A stretch of 64,000 bases of DNA from Octopus vulgaris (taxonomy: Eukaryota): the NCBI GenBank assembly GCA_951406725.2, contig OX597829.1, positions 868,001 to 932,000 on the forward strand, given 5' to 3'. Shown here in pieces: positions 12,283 through 26,354 of this stretch. Position 1 is the first letter of the stretch, and each line of letters starts with the position of its first letter. The notes under the pieces are model-generated. The model did not search any database. It saw nothing but the letters and a program-made list of their open reading frames with translations, and was not told the origin of the DNA. The position numbers were made by a program, and so were the translations under genes.

Positions 12283-13289
12283 TGCTGTTGCTGCTGCGGC
12301 TGCAGCTACCGTCGCATCTGTTATCGCCGCTGCTGTCATCGCTGTTGGTTCCACGTCTACTGCTGCTCCGTCGCCGCAATTACCAATGCCGCTGCAGTGA
12401 TCATTGGCACTGTCACCCCCTACCTTGCTTTCGCTGCCCCTGCTGCCGTTACCGTGATTCGAGCTTGGGGTAGGTAGCCTTTCCTTTTGTCTCTTTTAAA
12501 GTGCACTCATCGCATCGACAGAGACAAACGTCTCTCGCGAGAACCTCATACGGCCCACAGTTCACATCGCACAAAGCTGGCCTACCACCAGCGCTGTTGA
12601 CCCTGTCGCTACTGCTTCCACCATTGCCGCCGCCTCCTCCACCACTACTCCCACTGCTGATGTTTCTCCTGCATTTGTAGTTGTTGCTTAATCCCAATTG
12701 TACTCTAACCAACAAAATGTAAGACAAGGTTGAAGGCATTTGAGTTTTCTGTATATGTAAATCTAGGTGGAATTAAGCCAAATCTGGTGCCACGCAGTGG
12801 GACTGAACTCGGAACCAATGTGGTTGGGAAGCTAATTTTTTTTTCCCTTGAAGGTCACGTCTAAATATTTATAACACCATCCAATATATCATTAACCTTC
12901 CTGTTTTAGAAAATATTTTTTTGATTTTAGTGCCGGATAGGGTCAGACGGATTGCTGCAACGTCGGCACGAAGTAAAGGAAAAGGAGGAAGCGGAGGGGA
13001 GGAGGAAGAGGAGGTCGAGGAGGAGGAGGACGACGAAAGGCTGAGTAGTAGTAGTAGTCATGAAAAGGCTGGAAATCACTATCGGTCACGGGTGTCTTGA
13101 AGAAAGATAAGATGTTATTTATGCTATCGGTACCCGTGTGAAAGCTTTGCATCCATCAACCCTTCCACCCGAATCCTCCCTTTAGTTCTTGCATCCATCC
13201 ATCCATCCATCCACCGTCACTCTGTCTATACATTCATTCATTTATCTACCTGTCTGTCTGTCTGTCTGTCTAGCTATCAATCTTATTTT

Positions 13290-13880
<591 letters not shown>

Positions 13881-13892
13881 TCTGTCTTTCTA

Positions 13893-13926
<34 letters not shown>

Positions 13927-13953
13927 AATCTATCTATCTATCTATCTCTACCA

Positions 13954-14009
<56 letters not shown>

Positions 14010-14015
14010 CTACCA

Positions 14016-14103
<88 letters not shown>

Positions 14104-14104
14104 G

Positions 14105-14181
<77 letters not shown>

Positions 14182-14240
14182 ATGTCTCTTTGTTTGTCTG
14201 TCTATCTATCTGTCTATCTATCTATGTATCTATCTATCTG

Positions 14241-14274
<34 letters not shown>

Positions 14275-14637
14275 CAACTCTATCTCTTTATCTATCTGTC
14301 AATCCATCAATCCATACATACGCGACACGCATGCACTCAGCATTCTTCTGTCTACTTACACTACAAACCTACACAAACCAACAAGCGACCCACACAACTA
14401 AACCGACCAGCCAGCCAACAAGCCAGCCACCCAGTCAGCCCGCCAACCAAAACTTCCAGCCAACCAGTCAGCATCTTTTTAAAAGAACCAGCCAACGATC
14501 CAACTAAAGCAATGCTGCTTATTGTATTGTGTGAACGAGCTATCAGCAAGTGTCAAACTATGGCAGCTGATAAGGATACTCTCTATAAACAAGTAGAAGA
14601 ATGTAAAAGACAAAAAGAAAGGAAAAAATTTGCTAAC

Positions 14638-14695
<58 letters not shown>

Positions 14696-14852
14696 GAGAG
14701 TGAGAGAGAAAATGAATTTCACAACTTATTCGCTACTTTTTATTCGTATAAAGAAGATACCAGACGTCATGCCTGTCACCCCACCAGCCTACGCTGCTAA
14801 AACCACCAAACGCCATAATTTCCTATCATAAATACACACACATACACACACA

Positions 14853-14922
<70 letters not shown>

Positions 14923-14966
14923 GATACACATAAATGTGAAACAAGGTGGAAAATATATACTAAATA

Positions 14967-15085
<119 letters not shown>

Positions 15086-15136
15086 TATGTATATATATAT
15101 GTATATATATATATGTATATACATACATATACATAT

Positions 15137-15181
<45 letters not shown>

Positions 15182-15261
15182 TACCTATATATGTATATAT
15201 AAATATACACATATATACATACATACATACATATACATATATATATATATATACATACATA

Positions 15262-15307
<46 letters not shown>

Positions 15308-15310
<3 letters not shown>

Positions 15311-15524
15311 CGGAGTAAACACATAAATGTGAAACAAGGTGGAAAAAGAGTACTCAAATACCAGTGGTAGAGTAATATGCTTTATTTTAAGCAACAGAAA
15401 ATTCAACAAAATCTGTTACTCTGAGTTTTCGTTGCCGTTCATCAGACAGTTTTTTGTCTGATGAACGGCAACGAGAAACTCAGAGTAACAGATTTTGTTG
15501 AATTTTCTGCTGCTTAAAATAAAG
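15308..15524. mobile_element. Fold-back pLTR-like element in (TA)n: leader plus palindrome at 15380-15524
   Basis: Arms at 15380-15448 and 15455-15524. The leader cacataaatgtgaaacaaggtggaaaa recurs near 14926 and, as a variant, near 2226. Confidence 0.8.
15453..15492 (+). ncRNA. Minimal type I hammerhead motif
   Basis: TTTGT-CTGATGA-aCG gcaa CGa-GAAA-CTCAGAG-TA^ACAGA. A mirror copy with a 1-nt deletion lies on the left arm. Confidence 0.65.
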
Positions 15525-15562
15525 TATATATATATATATATATATATATACATACATACCTA

Positions 15563-15597
<35 letters not shown>

Positions 15598-15599
<2 letters not shown>

Positions 15600-16780
15600 T
15601 TTGATACTTTGATACTTTGATAGGTTTCGGCCATTATTGGCCCAGGCCATGTCTAACTTAATAGCACCACCTGGTGAAGTCTTTCAAGTCAGAATTTGGT
15701 CACTATGGCCCACTCAAGTAGAGAGTTATTGTTTACAGAGACATATCCGGGTGTAGGGGGTTTATCCGGGATTTCTTGAAGGAATCTGTCCAAAGACTTC
15801 TTGAACCCTATAGGGTCAGTTTCTGTTTTAATGTGTTTTGGTGTAATGTTAAAGAGAGCGGGGCCAATTGAGGTGAAATAATTGTGCCGTATTGTTGTTA
15901 TGAGATGAGAGTGCGATTTTTGTTTTGGGCGGATGGCACGGGGCCCAAGCCTTGGATGTACCTTAAAGGTGATGCCAACATCATTTGGGCAATGCTGATG
16001 GAATATTTTCCACATCATGCAGATGATGTAGCGCTCACGACGACGTTGGAGAGAATAAAGTTTTAGCTTTTCTAGTCGACCCCAATAGTCGAGGCCTGTC
16101 ATGCCATCTATCTTTCTTGTGATTGCCCTTTGAGGTGCTTCAACTTTTATGATACTTTGTATTGTGTGGGGAGACCACAGTGGACAACAGTATTCAAGGT
16201 GGGCTCGGGCAAAAGTGGAGAAGAGAAGGATAATGGTGTGGATATCTCTCGACTGGAAAGTTCTGAGAATCCAGGAACACATTCTGCGGGCCATGTCAAC
16301 TTTGGTGTTTATATGAGTGGCCCAGCTTATGTTGTTGTCCACAATTACTCCCAAGTCTCTGATGTTGTTGGACGCCGCGAGAGTTTCACCTGAAGGAAGG
16401 GAGTATGGGAGTTTCAGAGCATCCTCTTTTCCAAAGTGGATTAACTCAAATTTATCCTCGTTCAGCAGCATATTGTTCTTTTCTGCCCATTGGATAACAG
16501 CCAGTAGATCTGACTGAAGGCATGTCCGGTCACTCGCCTCATTTATGACCTTCTGTAGCTTGAAATCATCTGCAAAGATTTTTATGTTGCTGTGCTTGAT
16601 GATGTCATTGATGTCATTAATGTAGATGATGAAAAGAAGTGGGCCCAGCACAGTGCCTTGCGGAACGCCACTACTGACTTTGGCTGGGCTTGATTTTACC
16701 CCTTCAACTACAACATGTTGAGATCTGTCTGTCAGGAAACACTTGATCCATTTCAGTAACTTTCCAGAGACACCAATGTT

Positions 16781-16782
<2 letters not shown>
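15598..16782 (-). mobile_element. 5'-truncated CR1-group LINE: reverse transcriptase C-terminal half, short 3' UTR and (TATCAAAG)n tail
   Basis: Uninterrupted frame 16782-15689 with GVPQGTVLGPLLFIIYINDI, FADD, RDLGVIVD, HLEYCCPLWSPH and LYSLQRRRER. Three 8-mer tail units at 15598-15621. Flanked by (TA)n. Confidence 0.92.
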
Positions 16783-16839
<57 letters not shown>

Positions 16840-17014
16840 ATTTAAATATTTGTTGTGCAAGATTTTTAATGTGAAGTCGTGTGTTGAAACAGATATTGTT
16901 ATATTTCGGAATGGTCATTATGCCAGTTTAGCCAATAAAAACACACGCACTATATATTTGGTGTTATTTTGCTTCAGAGTTATTTATTTTTTACATTAAT
17001 CTTAATCTTATTTC

Positions 17015-17059
17015 GGCCAGAGTTCTTTCGTCACACTTCTGTGACCGCATCAGTGGTCC
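17015..17059 (-). ncRNA. Degenerate hammerhead motif (A9 altered)
   Basis: Minus strand: CCA-CTGATGC-g-GTCAC agaagt GTGAC-GAAA-GAAC-TC^TGG. Confidence 0.5.
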
Positions 17060-17246
17060 TTTTTTTTCTTCTTTCTTATTTGTATCTCTCCTTACTAACC
17101 GTGAGCCATTTTGTATTTCTATTGTATGTCTTCATTTGCGCATGCTTATATCTCTATGTGCGTCTATGTTTATTTAGTGTGTGTATGTGGGGGGATGCCT
17201 GTAATATTTGTATCTTCTGTTTATATACGTTCATGTAATTATTACG

Positions 17247-17338
<92 letters not shown>

Positions 17339-17624
17339 TGTATGTATGTATGTATGTTTGAAAGCTTTTGCAAAAAGTACTTGATACAGACCGTCACAAT
17401 ATTTAGAATTAAGATGTTTTAAAAAAACTATTTAAAATCTATTCTGCCTTCTTGTTTTTTAACAGAATGTCGCTAACCTTTGCGGAAGAAGTTTGTGACT
17501 CGTGATTATCTTATGTCTAGTGTGTATTTCATGTGTAAGCGCTTTCGTTGTTAAACTTTCCAAATACGTGTTTCGGACCCATGCGTATAGAGGAAGTCGT
17601 TTTTAGTAATGGCGTTGACTAGTT

Positions 17625-18325
17625 CCGGCTTAGTTTCGGATTTAGAACACTTACAAAGTATTGGATGTTTGCCTTTCGTAGTTGATCAGTTCCATCTTTG
17701 GATCTTTTCGGTTTGAACGGCAGTTTTTTCTAGCGGTGTCATATGAAATTGTCACCCATAATTATGCCCCTAGTATTGATCTATTGCATTTCAATCTGGT
17801 TTAGGGTTAGGGTTAGTTAGGGTTAGGGTTAGGGGTGGGGGGAATGGTATCTTTTTTCTTCGCAAATGTAAATAAATCCAATCTGTTTCTTAAACCAGGG
17901 ATATATTCATACGGCACAGAATGTTTTCACCTCAATAGACGTCATTGATTGGTTGAAATTGCAGAAATCGAAGAAAAAATAACAACAAATATCTTACAAA
18001 CCATAGAATTTTCTCAATAAAGCTAAGAAAAAAGATGTTTTATAGACACATTCTACCAGTATACGAAGTTTAAAAGTGTTTAGTTACGTGGAAATTATTT
18101 TAAAAAAATTGCCGTTCAAACAGGAAAGATCCCCATCTTTCATTTTGTAAATATTTGAAGTTTTCTATTTGCACGCATGTCTGGATGTTTATACTACATG
18201 GAAAATGAATCGTTAATTTGTTCTTTATAGACGTTTGCAAGATTGATTAGTTTTGTTCCTGTTTCCCCAATGTACTTTTTGTTGCATTCTGGGCAAGTGA
18301 TGCAGCAGATGCCGTTTATTTCATA
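17625..18325 (-). pseudogene. Penelope-like element GIY-YIG endonuclease remnant, interrupted by a MITE
   Basis: ICCITCPECNKKYIGETGTKL...YKEQI at about 18315-18215. The frame resumes beyond the MITE as DGTDQLRKANIQYFVSVLNPKLS, a typical C-terminus. Confidence 0.8.
17700..18132. mobile_element. Merlin-like MITE with 8-bp TSD and internal TTAGGG repeats
   Basis: TIRs GGATCTTTTCGGTTTGAACGGCAGTTTTTT and AAAAAATTGCCGTTCAAACAGGAAAGATCC. TSD CCATCTTT at 17692-17699 and 18133-18140. The superfamily is inferred from GG termini plus an 8-bp TSD. Confidence 0.85.
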
Positions 18326-18457
18326 ACCATCGGAGCGCAATTCGTGAGATGGTTGCGAGAGATCTGTGTCCGCATATGCCCACAACATTACCACAGTGGT
18401 GTCGAAAAGTAAACTTATCGAAATGACCGGCACTGATCGCAGGGACTACGAGGCAGT

Positions 18458-18627
18458 TATTTCTTTATTGCCCACAAGGGGCTAAACATAGAGGAGACAA
18501 ACAAGGACAGACAAACGGATTAAGTCGATTACATCGACCCCAGTACGTAACTGGTACTTAATTTATCGATCCCGAAAGGATGAAAAATAAAGTCGACCTC
18601 GGCGGAATTTGAATTCAGAACGTAGCG
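18458..18627 (-). mobile_element. Meta-type SINE, 5'-truncated
   Basis: Same body and tail as 276-512. Confidence 0.85.
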
Positions 18628-19250
18628 GACTTTCAGATGGACAAAAACTGGGACGAGCAGGGTGGCTACTTTCATTCAGAATTAGGCCGAGAGGATGCGA
18701 TCCCTGAAAGCTCGGGCAGAGGCGGCTAATACGTATATCGCGTCCGTCATCTACTATCGTTTGATCGTCGTGCCTTGTCCTGGCTACCGTCTGATTACGT
18801 TGGAGCATAGACATGTGCAAATATGTGCTGAGGCTACATCTTCAGTTCTTCCTTGAGAGTGCACAAGTGTGGTCTCCGTTCGCCAGACATGTGTTTCGCC
18901 AGCTGGTCTTCTTGACGGAACTGCAGTCCTGGATCAAATAGAGACCACGAGGCATTTGGAAAGTGGAATGTCTTCAATTCCTCACAACCCTGTCAGTCGG
19001 ACACTGCGATAGGTGGAAAGTCCATTTTGGCGTTCTACAGAGGATTAGTGGCGGGAAGTTGTGATGATGTTCTTGGTGGGATGACCTTACATGTCGAACA
19101 CGATCATTTAGCCGCTCTCTTCGGGAGAACTTTTGGCCCAGGGCTGATGGGATAACTTCGAGAAATCCAAGGTCTGGCAGTGCTACGAGGAAACTTTGCC
19201 TGTTGGAGATAAACTCCAGAGGCACGGAAGTACCGTCTATCGAGCATGCT
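18628..19250 (+). mobile_element. Degraded Tx1/L1-like ORF2 fragment (post-RT region)
   Basis: SLKARAEAANTYIASVIYYRLIVVPCP and later WQCYEETLPVGDKLQRHG, similar to 35100-35250. Confidence 0.7.
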
Positions 19251-19339
19251 CGTCAATCGAGGATGGACACACCATATCTGACCACTGCAACTGCCCAGAT
19301 ATTCATTGCGGTAATCAAATTTTTGGCATTAAGGTTGGA

Positions 19340-20350
19340 TTTCTATCAACCATCACCGGGTACCTGGAACCGGCCATTGTTAAAAAATCTGGTAAAACCA
19401 GATCATCGGCTGATTGTGTTCGTAGGGTTAAAATTGCTTTTGACCCGACCCAATCAACCGCAGGCAACATTTTTACATTTAAGAGCCTGTCAGGGCCGCC
19501 ACCCAGGGCCCCGACGGATAGTGACTTCTATCTACTCGGCCTCTATACCGGGTGGAAGCCCACACAGCCAGTCAACTTTCTACCGCCATAAGTAGGGAGA
19601 ATCAAAATTTTCTCCCCCTCCAAAGGCATGCTCGCAAAATCACGAGCTTCCACAGGGGTGTCAAAAAGTACACATAGTTCCATACTTCGCACCCCTGCAG
19701 ATAAACCTACAGTTGGCAGATAGTCTGCCAACTCCTCCTCAATTTCTTCCTCTGAGAAGACCTTGATACTGTCAAGGGCCCTGGAATAGGTCCTTACTAT
19801 CACCGTTCTCTCCGTATAATTTTTCAACCATTCTTCGGGGACCACAATTTGCCGCTCGAAAGTGGATTTCACGGTTGCCATGTTGATAGCCAAAGCAAAA
19901 ATAAAAATCCACAAACAAAAATCAAAATGTTCAAATGAAAGTCTATAAAGAAACTCAAAAAAGATCAGAAAGACAGACAGGAGAAGAAAGAGTGAAGGAA
20001 GATAATCCAAAACTGTAACACAACACAACACGATTCTGCTACTCTGGTAATCCAAACTGGTAGTCCTTCGCAGCACAAATAGTATTTCGTCCAACCCTGG
20101 CTGTACTCCTATCCTTTATGGTAAAAATCCACTTGAAAGGGCACAAACACAGTCATAGAAATTTCCCAAAAATTTTCGGAGTAACACGCCTCCAGAAAAC
20201 ACAGACAATTCTGACTAAAATGTGAGTCTTTTAGTACGACCACTGGCAAACAAATGTCTGGAACCCAGTGGAAACTCTTGTTCGAAAAAATAATAACCAT
20301 ACGGACAACAGACTTCACTAAGCTCCCCACCCACAAAAAAAAACAAAACA
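19340..20350 (-). mobile_element. Probable 5' UTR and degraded ORF1 of a Tx1/L1-like LINE
   Basis: Non-repetitive ORF MATVKSTFERQ...RTVIVRTYS...ILPTYGGRK preceded by a T-rich leader. Assignment is by context and resemblance only. A short R4-like piece (NLITAMNIWAVAVVRYGVSILD) lies at about 19255-19325. Confidence 0.45.
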
Positions 20351-20879
20351 AATGCTTTACATTCGTGCTTCAAATGTTCAATTTTTCACGTACGACATGA
20401 CTTCCACCGCTACGAAAAACAACGCGACAACTTGGTAGCGTAAGCAAGCTACTTATCACACAAACATTCTTATGAATTTTAAATATGTGTGAAGATTATT
20501 TTGAATTTTGAATTCTTGAAGTTGGAAGCAATTTATTGTATTTTGTATATTATCTCCAAAAGGAATATAAATTGTTGATCTATTTGCTCCGAGATAATAA
20601 ATTCTACGCCCGTTTCTTTGCAATGCTGCGAAAATGTCTGAAAGAGAACACGGATCTAGGGGGGGGGGCATAACTGAATAAATAAACAGACACAAAATAA
20701 AATACAAAAAAAATTATGCATTCCATTTTGTTTCGTTATAAAAGTTGTGCCAAAGTAAAAGAATATAAGATGGCAGCGTAGTGTGTAAATTCCACAAAGG
20801 TTTAATCTTTGCGTAAAAAATAAATATAATGAAATGAAAATAACAATACGTAAATAAACGAGCAAAATAATGATGATGT

Positions 20880-20924
<45 letters not shown>

Positions 20925-21068
20925 CGATGATGATGGTGATGATGATGATGGTGATGATGGTGATGATGATGATGGCGATGATGATGATGACGATGATGAT
21001 GACGACGACGACGAAGACGTCGATGATGATGATGATGATGATGATGCTGATGATGATGATAATGATGT

Positions 21069-21102
<34 letters not shown>

Positions 21103-21436
21103 CGTGTTGATGATGATGATGATGATGATGACGACGATGATGATGATGATGACGATGACGATAATTTTACTGATAAAATTGTTAGAATGTTAGGGCGGAG
21201 AAAATATCCAAGTAGGTATGAAAGAAATTGGAAGTGGAAGAAGGAAACGGTTTAAAAACAACACATCCATCCATCCACACATCCATCCGTACATACGTAC
21301 ATACCTAGATGCAATGCATACATACGTACGTGCCTACATGCGTACATACATACATATATATATATATATACACACATGCATACATACCTATATACGTACA
21401 AACGTACATACAAGCGTACGCATTTGTGTGTGCGCG

Positions 21437-21517
<81 letters not shown>

Positions 21518-22322
21518 ACATACATACATATATATATATATATACATATATATAAACGACATTTTAACACAAAGTGCCAATTTACTCGATGATGATATCA
21601 AGATAAATGGCGTAGTAGTTGGAAGATGCCAGCAGTATTTTTTTATCGTACACATACATTAAAATATTTATCTCTACGTGTGAGTGCATATGTTTGTGCT
21701 TACGTGTTGCGTGCGCGTAATACATGTCCGTGTATGTACCCGTGTATGTGTGTGCATGTGTGTGCGTGTCTCTCTGTGTGTGTGTATGTGCATGAGTGTG
21801 TATTTATTATCATTTGTATTAGTGTGTTTGTGTGTGTTGCTGTATATGTATCTAATATACTAAATGTACAATTATAAGTAACAATTAAAGTGATCATTAA
21901 TTTTGCGCTTACAATAAAATAGTATTTCATTCCAATTAAATCCATAACTCTGATCTGATGACGTTTCACATAAACATTTCACTTATAGTTTCATATTGGT
22001 GTGACTCCATTTAACTGTTGTTTCAAATCTCTTTTAAATGATTCACCTACGGGATTTTTATCTCCTAAAGAGTCTGTATATAGTTCTTATTCATTGTAGA
22101 TTCTTCTGCTCGATATGCTCTATGTAGGGCGCCACGTTATAATATGCCCTAGATCTAGTTGAATTATTCGTTGGCAATTATTGTTGGTTTCTGGTCTGCT
22201 TTTCATTTCGTTACTATATTGACTTTAATTCATTGAATTTATTTCAATTAATTTTGAAAATAACGAAGAATTTACTAAAAGAACCTTGTCATAATTAAGT
22301 TGGTATTGTGATATAGATTACC

Positions 22323-22739
22323 TATTTTTTTACTACCCACAAGGGGCTAAACACAGAGAGGACAACCAAGAACAGACATAGGTATTAAGTCGATTACATC
22401 GATCTCAGTGCGTAACTGGTACTTATTTAATCGACCCCGAAAGGATGAAAGGCAAAGTCAACCTCGGCGGAATTTGAACTCAGAACGTAGCATCAGACGA
22501 AATACATATTTCTTTTCTACCCACAAGGGGCTAAACACAGAGAGGACAAACAAGGACAGACAAACGGATTAAGTCGATTACATCTACCCCAGTGCGTAAC
22601 TGGTACTTATTTAATCGGCTCCGAAAGGATGGAAGGCAAAGTCGACCTCGGCGGAATTTGAACACAGAACGTAACGGCAGACGAAATACGGCTACGCATT
22701 TCGCCCGGCGTGCTAACGTTTCTGCCAGCTCGCCGCCTT
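22323..22739 (-). mobile_element. Two tandem Meta-type SINEs (22323-22505 truncated, 22506-22739 full length)
   Basis: Both match 276-512. Confidence 0.9.
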
Positions 22740-23061
22740 GTGGTCGACTTGATATTGGTATGAAACAAATGGAAAAGAAATTATAGTAGTAGACGACGAA
22801 GACTATTTATCTGCTTACTCAAGCACCAATGAAGTAATAGATCTAAGTAACCTTGTATTGCATCGAAGATGTGAATAGAATTATAACAACGTTATTTGCT
22901 GAAATAAGCAATAATCAAGTACCGGATTTATTTAATCCAGTGGTATTCGACTGGGTTCCATATGGCCCCTTGAGACTCCATATAAGGTTTCGCTGTTAAA
23001 TAAACCTGCAATAAACTGGATATATTTCTACAATACACAAAATATTTAAATTATTGTTTCA

Positions 23062-23747
23062 TAGGCACAGGATTGGCTGTGATAAGTAGTTTGCTTACCA
23101 ATCACATGGTTCCGGGTTCAGTCCCACTGCATGGCAGCTTGGGCAAGTGTCCTCTGTTATAGCCTCGGGCCGACCAAAGCCTTGTGAGTGGATTTTGTTG
23201 GCGGAAACTTAAAGAAGCACATGTGTATGTGCGTGTGTTTGTGTGTGCGTGTGTTTGTGTGTGTGTGTGTTTGTCCCCCACCATCGTTTGACAACCCATG
23301 TTGATGTGTTTGTCCTCGTAACTTGGATCTTTTCTAAAAGATGGACAGAATTTTCTACTTAACTAAATAATTTGAAACTTCGTATACTGGTAGAATGGTA
23401 GAATTGAGGTCAAAACAGAGAATACGATTGGTTAAAATTCGAAGAATTAAACTACGCAAAAGTTACAAAATACACTTTTCTCAAAAAACTAATTGAAATT
23501 AATATTTTCTTTTGACACATTCTACCAGTATACGAAGTTTCCAATTATTTAGTTAAGTAGAAAATTCTGTCCATCTTTTAGAAAAGATCCCGTAACTTTA
23601 GCGGTTCGGCAAAAGAGACTGATAATATAAGTACTAGGCTCACAAAGAATAAGTTCTGGGGGTCGATTCGTTCGACTAAAGGCGGTGCGCTCCAGCATGG
23701 CCGCAGTCAAATGACTGAAACATAAAATAAAAAAATAAAAAGAAATA
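23062..23747 (+). mobile_element. CORE-type tRNA SINE interrupted by a MITE
   Basis: Head ...ggttccgggttcagtccc, core-like cttgggcaagtg, internal (TG)n, and 3' ccagcatggccgcagtcaaatgactgaaac. Confidence 0.85.
23325..23590. mobile_element. Merlin-like MITE with about 70-bp TIRs and 8-bp TSD
   Basis: GGATCTTTTCTAAAAGATGGACAGAATTTT... and ...AAAATTCTGTCCATCTTTTAGAAAAGATCC. TSD CGTAACTT at 23317-23324 and 23591-23598. Confidence 0.9.
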
Positions 23748-23860
23748 CAATTCCTAATAACATTAGATTAGACATCGAATGACTATGGGGTCCCCTTCCT
23801 CAGAATAAAACAGGAACCAATAAGCAAATAAAAAAGAAAAAAAATTGTTGAGAATAAGTT

Positions 23861-24278
23861 ATAGGCGCAGGAGTGGCTGTGTGGTAAGTAGCTTGCTAAC
23901 CAACCGCATGGTTCCGGGTTCAGTCCCACTGCGTGGCATGTTGGGCAAGTGTCTTCTGCTATAGCCCCGGGCCGACCAAAGCCTTGTGAGTGGATTTGGT
24001 AGACGGAAACTGAAAGAAGCTTGTCGTATATATGTATATATATATATATAAGTGTGTGTGTATATGTTTGTGTGTCTGTGTTTGTCCCCCTAGCATTGCT
24101 TAACAACCGATGCTGGTGTGTTTACGTCCCCGTCACTTAGCGGTTCGGCAAAAGAGACCGATAGAATAAGTATTGAGCTTACAAAGAATAAGTCCCGGGG
24201 TCGATTTGCTCGACTAAAGGCGGTGCTCCAGCATGGCCGCAGTCAAATGACTGAAACAAGTAAAAGAGTAAAAGAGTA
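23861..24278 (+). mobile_element. Full-length CORE-type SINE
   Basis: ggcgcaggagtggctgtgtggtaag...ttgggcaagtg...(gtaaaaga)n tail. Confidence 0.9.
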
Positions 24279-24299
24279 AGTGATTTAGAATCTGGTAAT

Positions 24300-24520
24300 T
24301 CTTTCTTTCTAATTTTGGCACAGTACCCAGCAATTGTGAGGGTAGGAAGTAAGTTGATTACATCGATCCAGTGCTCAACTATTGATTATTTTATCGATCA
24401 CGAAAGGAAGAAAGGCAAAGTCGATCTCGACTAAAGTGGAACCCTGATCGTAAGGAGTAGGAAGAAACGCCACTAAGCACTTTGTCCGAAATGCAACAGA
24501 TTCTGCCATAGTGCAACTTT
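24300..24520 (-). mobile_element. Old Meta-type SINE
   Basis: ttttatcgatcacgaaaggaagaaaggcaaagtcga, a diverged central domain. Confidence 0.65.
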
Positions 24521-24858
24521 TATTTAGATTCCAATAATTCATTCTAGATATGAATGGAATTATAATAGGAGTCTTAGACTATTTTAGACGCAGCTCATTT
24601 TGTTCGTTATAAGTACCAATTAAATTACTCGAGTCAGTTTAATATTCTTGTAATGTATCCTAAATGGAATAATAACTGGATTCTAAGATTATCTTGAATC
24701 TTACTCGCTTTTTCTTTTAGTAAGTAGCAAATTACAAACATGGGCATAATTTCTAACTCATATGAAACGTCTTAAAATAAGAATGGAATATTATTAAAAG
24801 ACTTAAGACATCATCATCATCATCATCGTCGTCGTCGGCGTCGCCCTCATCGTCATCG

Positions 24859-24938
<80 letters not shown>

Positions 24939-24951
24939 CTCATCGTCATCG

Positions 24952-24999
<48 letters not shown>

Positions 25000-25014
25000 C
25001 CACCATCATCATCG

Positions 25015-25050
<36 letters not shown>

Positions 25051-25334
25051 ATATCATCATCATCAATATCATCATCATCAATATCGTCATCATCATTATC
25101 ATTATATTCATCATGCTATTCACTTGAGAAAAAATAAAGAACATGATACACCCCTCCCCTCGAAACGATAACGATGTTGTACGTGTTTTTGCCCTTTGAA
25201 ACTAAAGTGTTCATGTCGATATAAGAAAGTACACTCGGTTCCACTTGATTGGAAAACCATAATAAATAATATGGCCGCTAATCTACAATACACTGGCTTA
25301 CTTGTATTGTCTTCAATCTGATGCTCATCCAACC

Positions 25335-25443
<109 letters not shown>

Positions 25444-25954
25444 CTGTACAATGCGAAAGTAACATTTAATTGCTAGTATGCGTGGAAGCTACACGAGACA
25501 TTGAATAGATATCGGTCCATTCTTGGAAATCCTTGCATGTATAGATAATATGCAATGTTAGGCTGAAGCAATAAAATATACTGTATTTATTACCGTAAAT
25601 AATACAGCAAGAATGTTTAAAGCTATGAAGAAACGTTGGTATGTCTTGATGCGATACTGTTTACACAGTGAAGCGAAGAGAACTGGTCCCGAGTTTGCAA
25701 ATAAAATTTAATGTTACGTGTCTATTCGTTTTGTTATTTGGCCAAGTGGAGCTAAATGGCATAAAATATCTCATTAAGTCCATGATTCAAACTTGAAGGT
25801 TTTTTGGCTTCTCTACTGGCACTCAGCGTTCGGCATCAAAAGCTATGCGTTCTTCGTTTTCTTATATTTACTTTTCCTTTCTTTTGTTCTCTCTCTCTCT
25901 CTCTCGCTGTCTCTATCATTTCTCTATCATCTTCATCGCTTTCTTTCTCGGAGA

Positions 25955-26036
<82 letters not shown>

Positions 26037-26312
26037 TACATATCTATATGTATGTATGTATATCAAAGAAATAAATTTGCGGAAGATATTCTAATACTAC
26101 TATAGATGTCAAACAGATTAATTAGGTAATATTTGAGAGCAATATACTTACTGTTTTGTTGGCGTAAAATAGCCATACAAAAGTATCTTACAACCTTTCT
26201 ATCCTACGCTCTACTTAGAGAATTATTCCTCAATCCAAATTCATAAGTGTTTATCATAATCATATGTTATGATTTCCAAAGTGCGTGTAAGTACATGTTG
26301 ATATACAGTATA

Positions 26313-26354
<42 letters not shown>

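Noticed and set aside
15689-16918. The 409-aa ORF as a complete gene
   Set aside because: The N-terminal 45 or so residues are read-through of flank and (TA)n. The rest is a 5'-truncated LINE RT.
17798-17835. Telomere or chromosome-fusion scar
   Set aside because: Only about 5 units, lying inside a TIR/TSD-bounded MITE.
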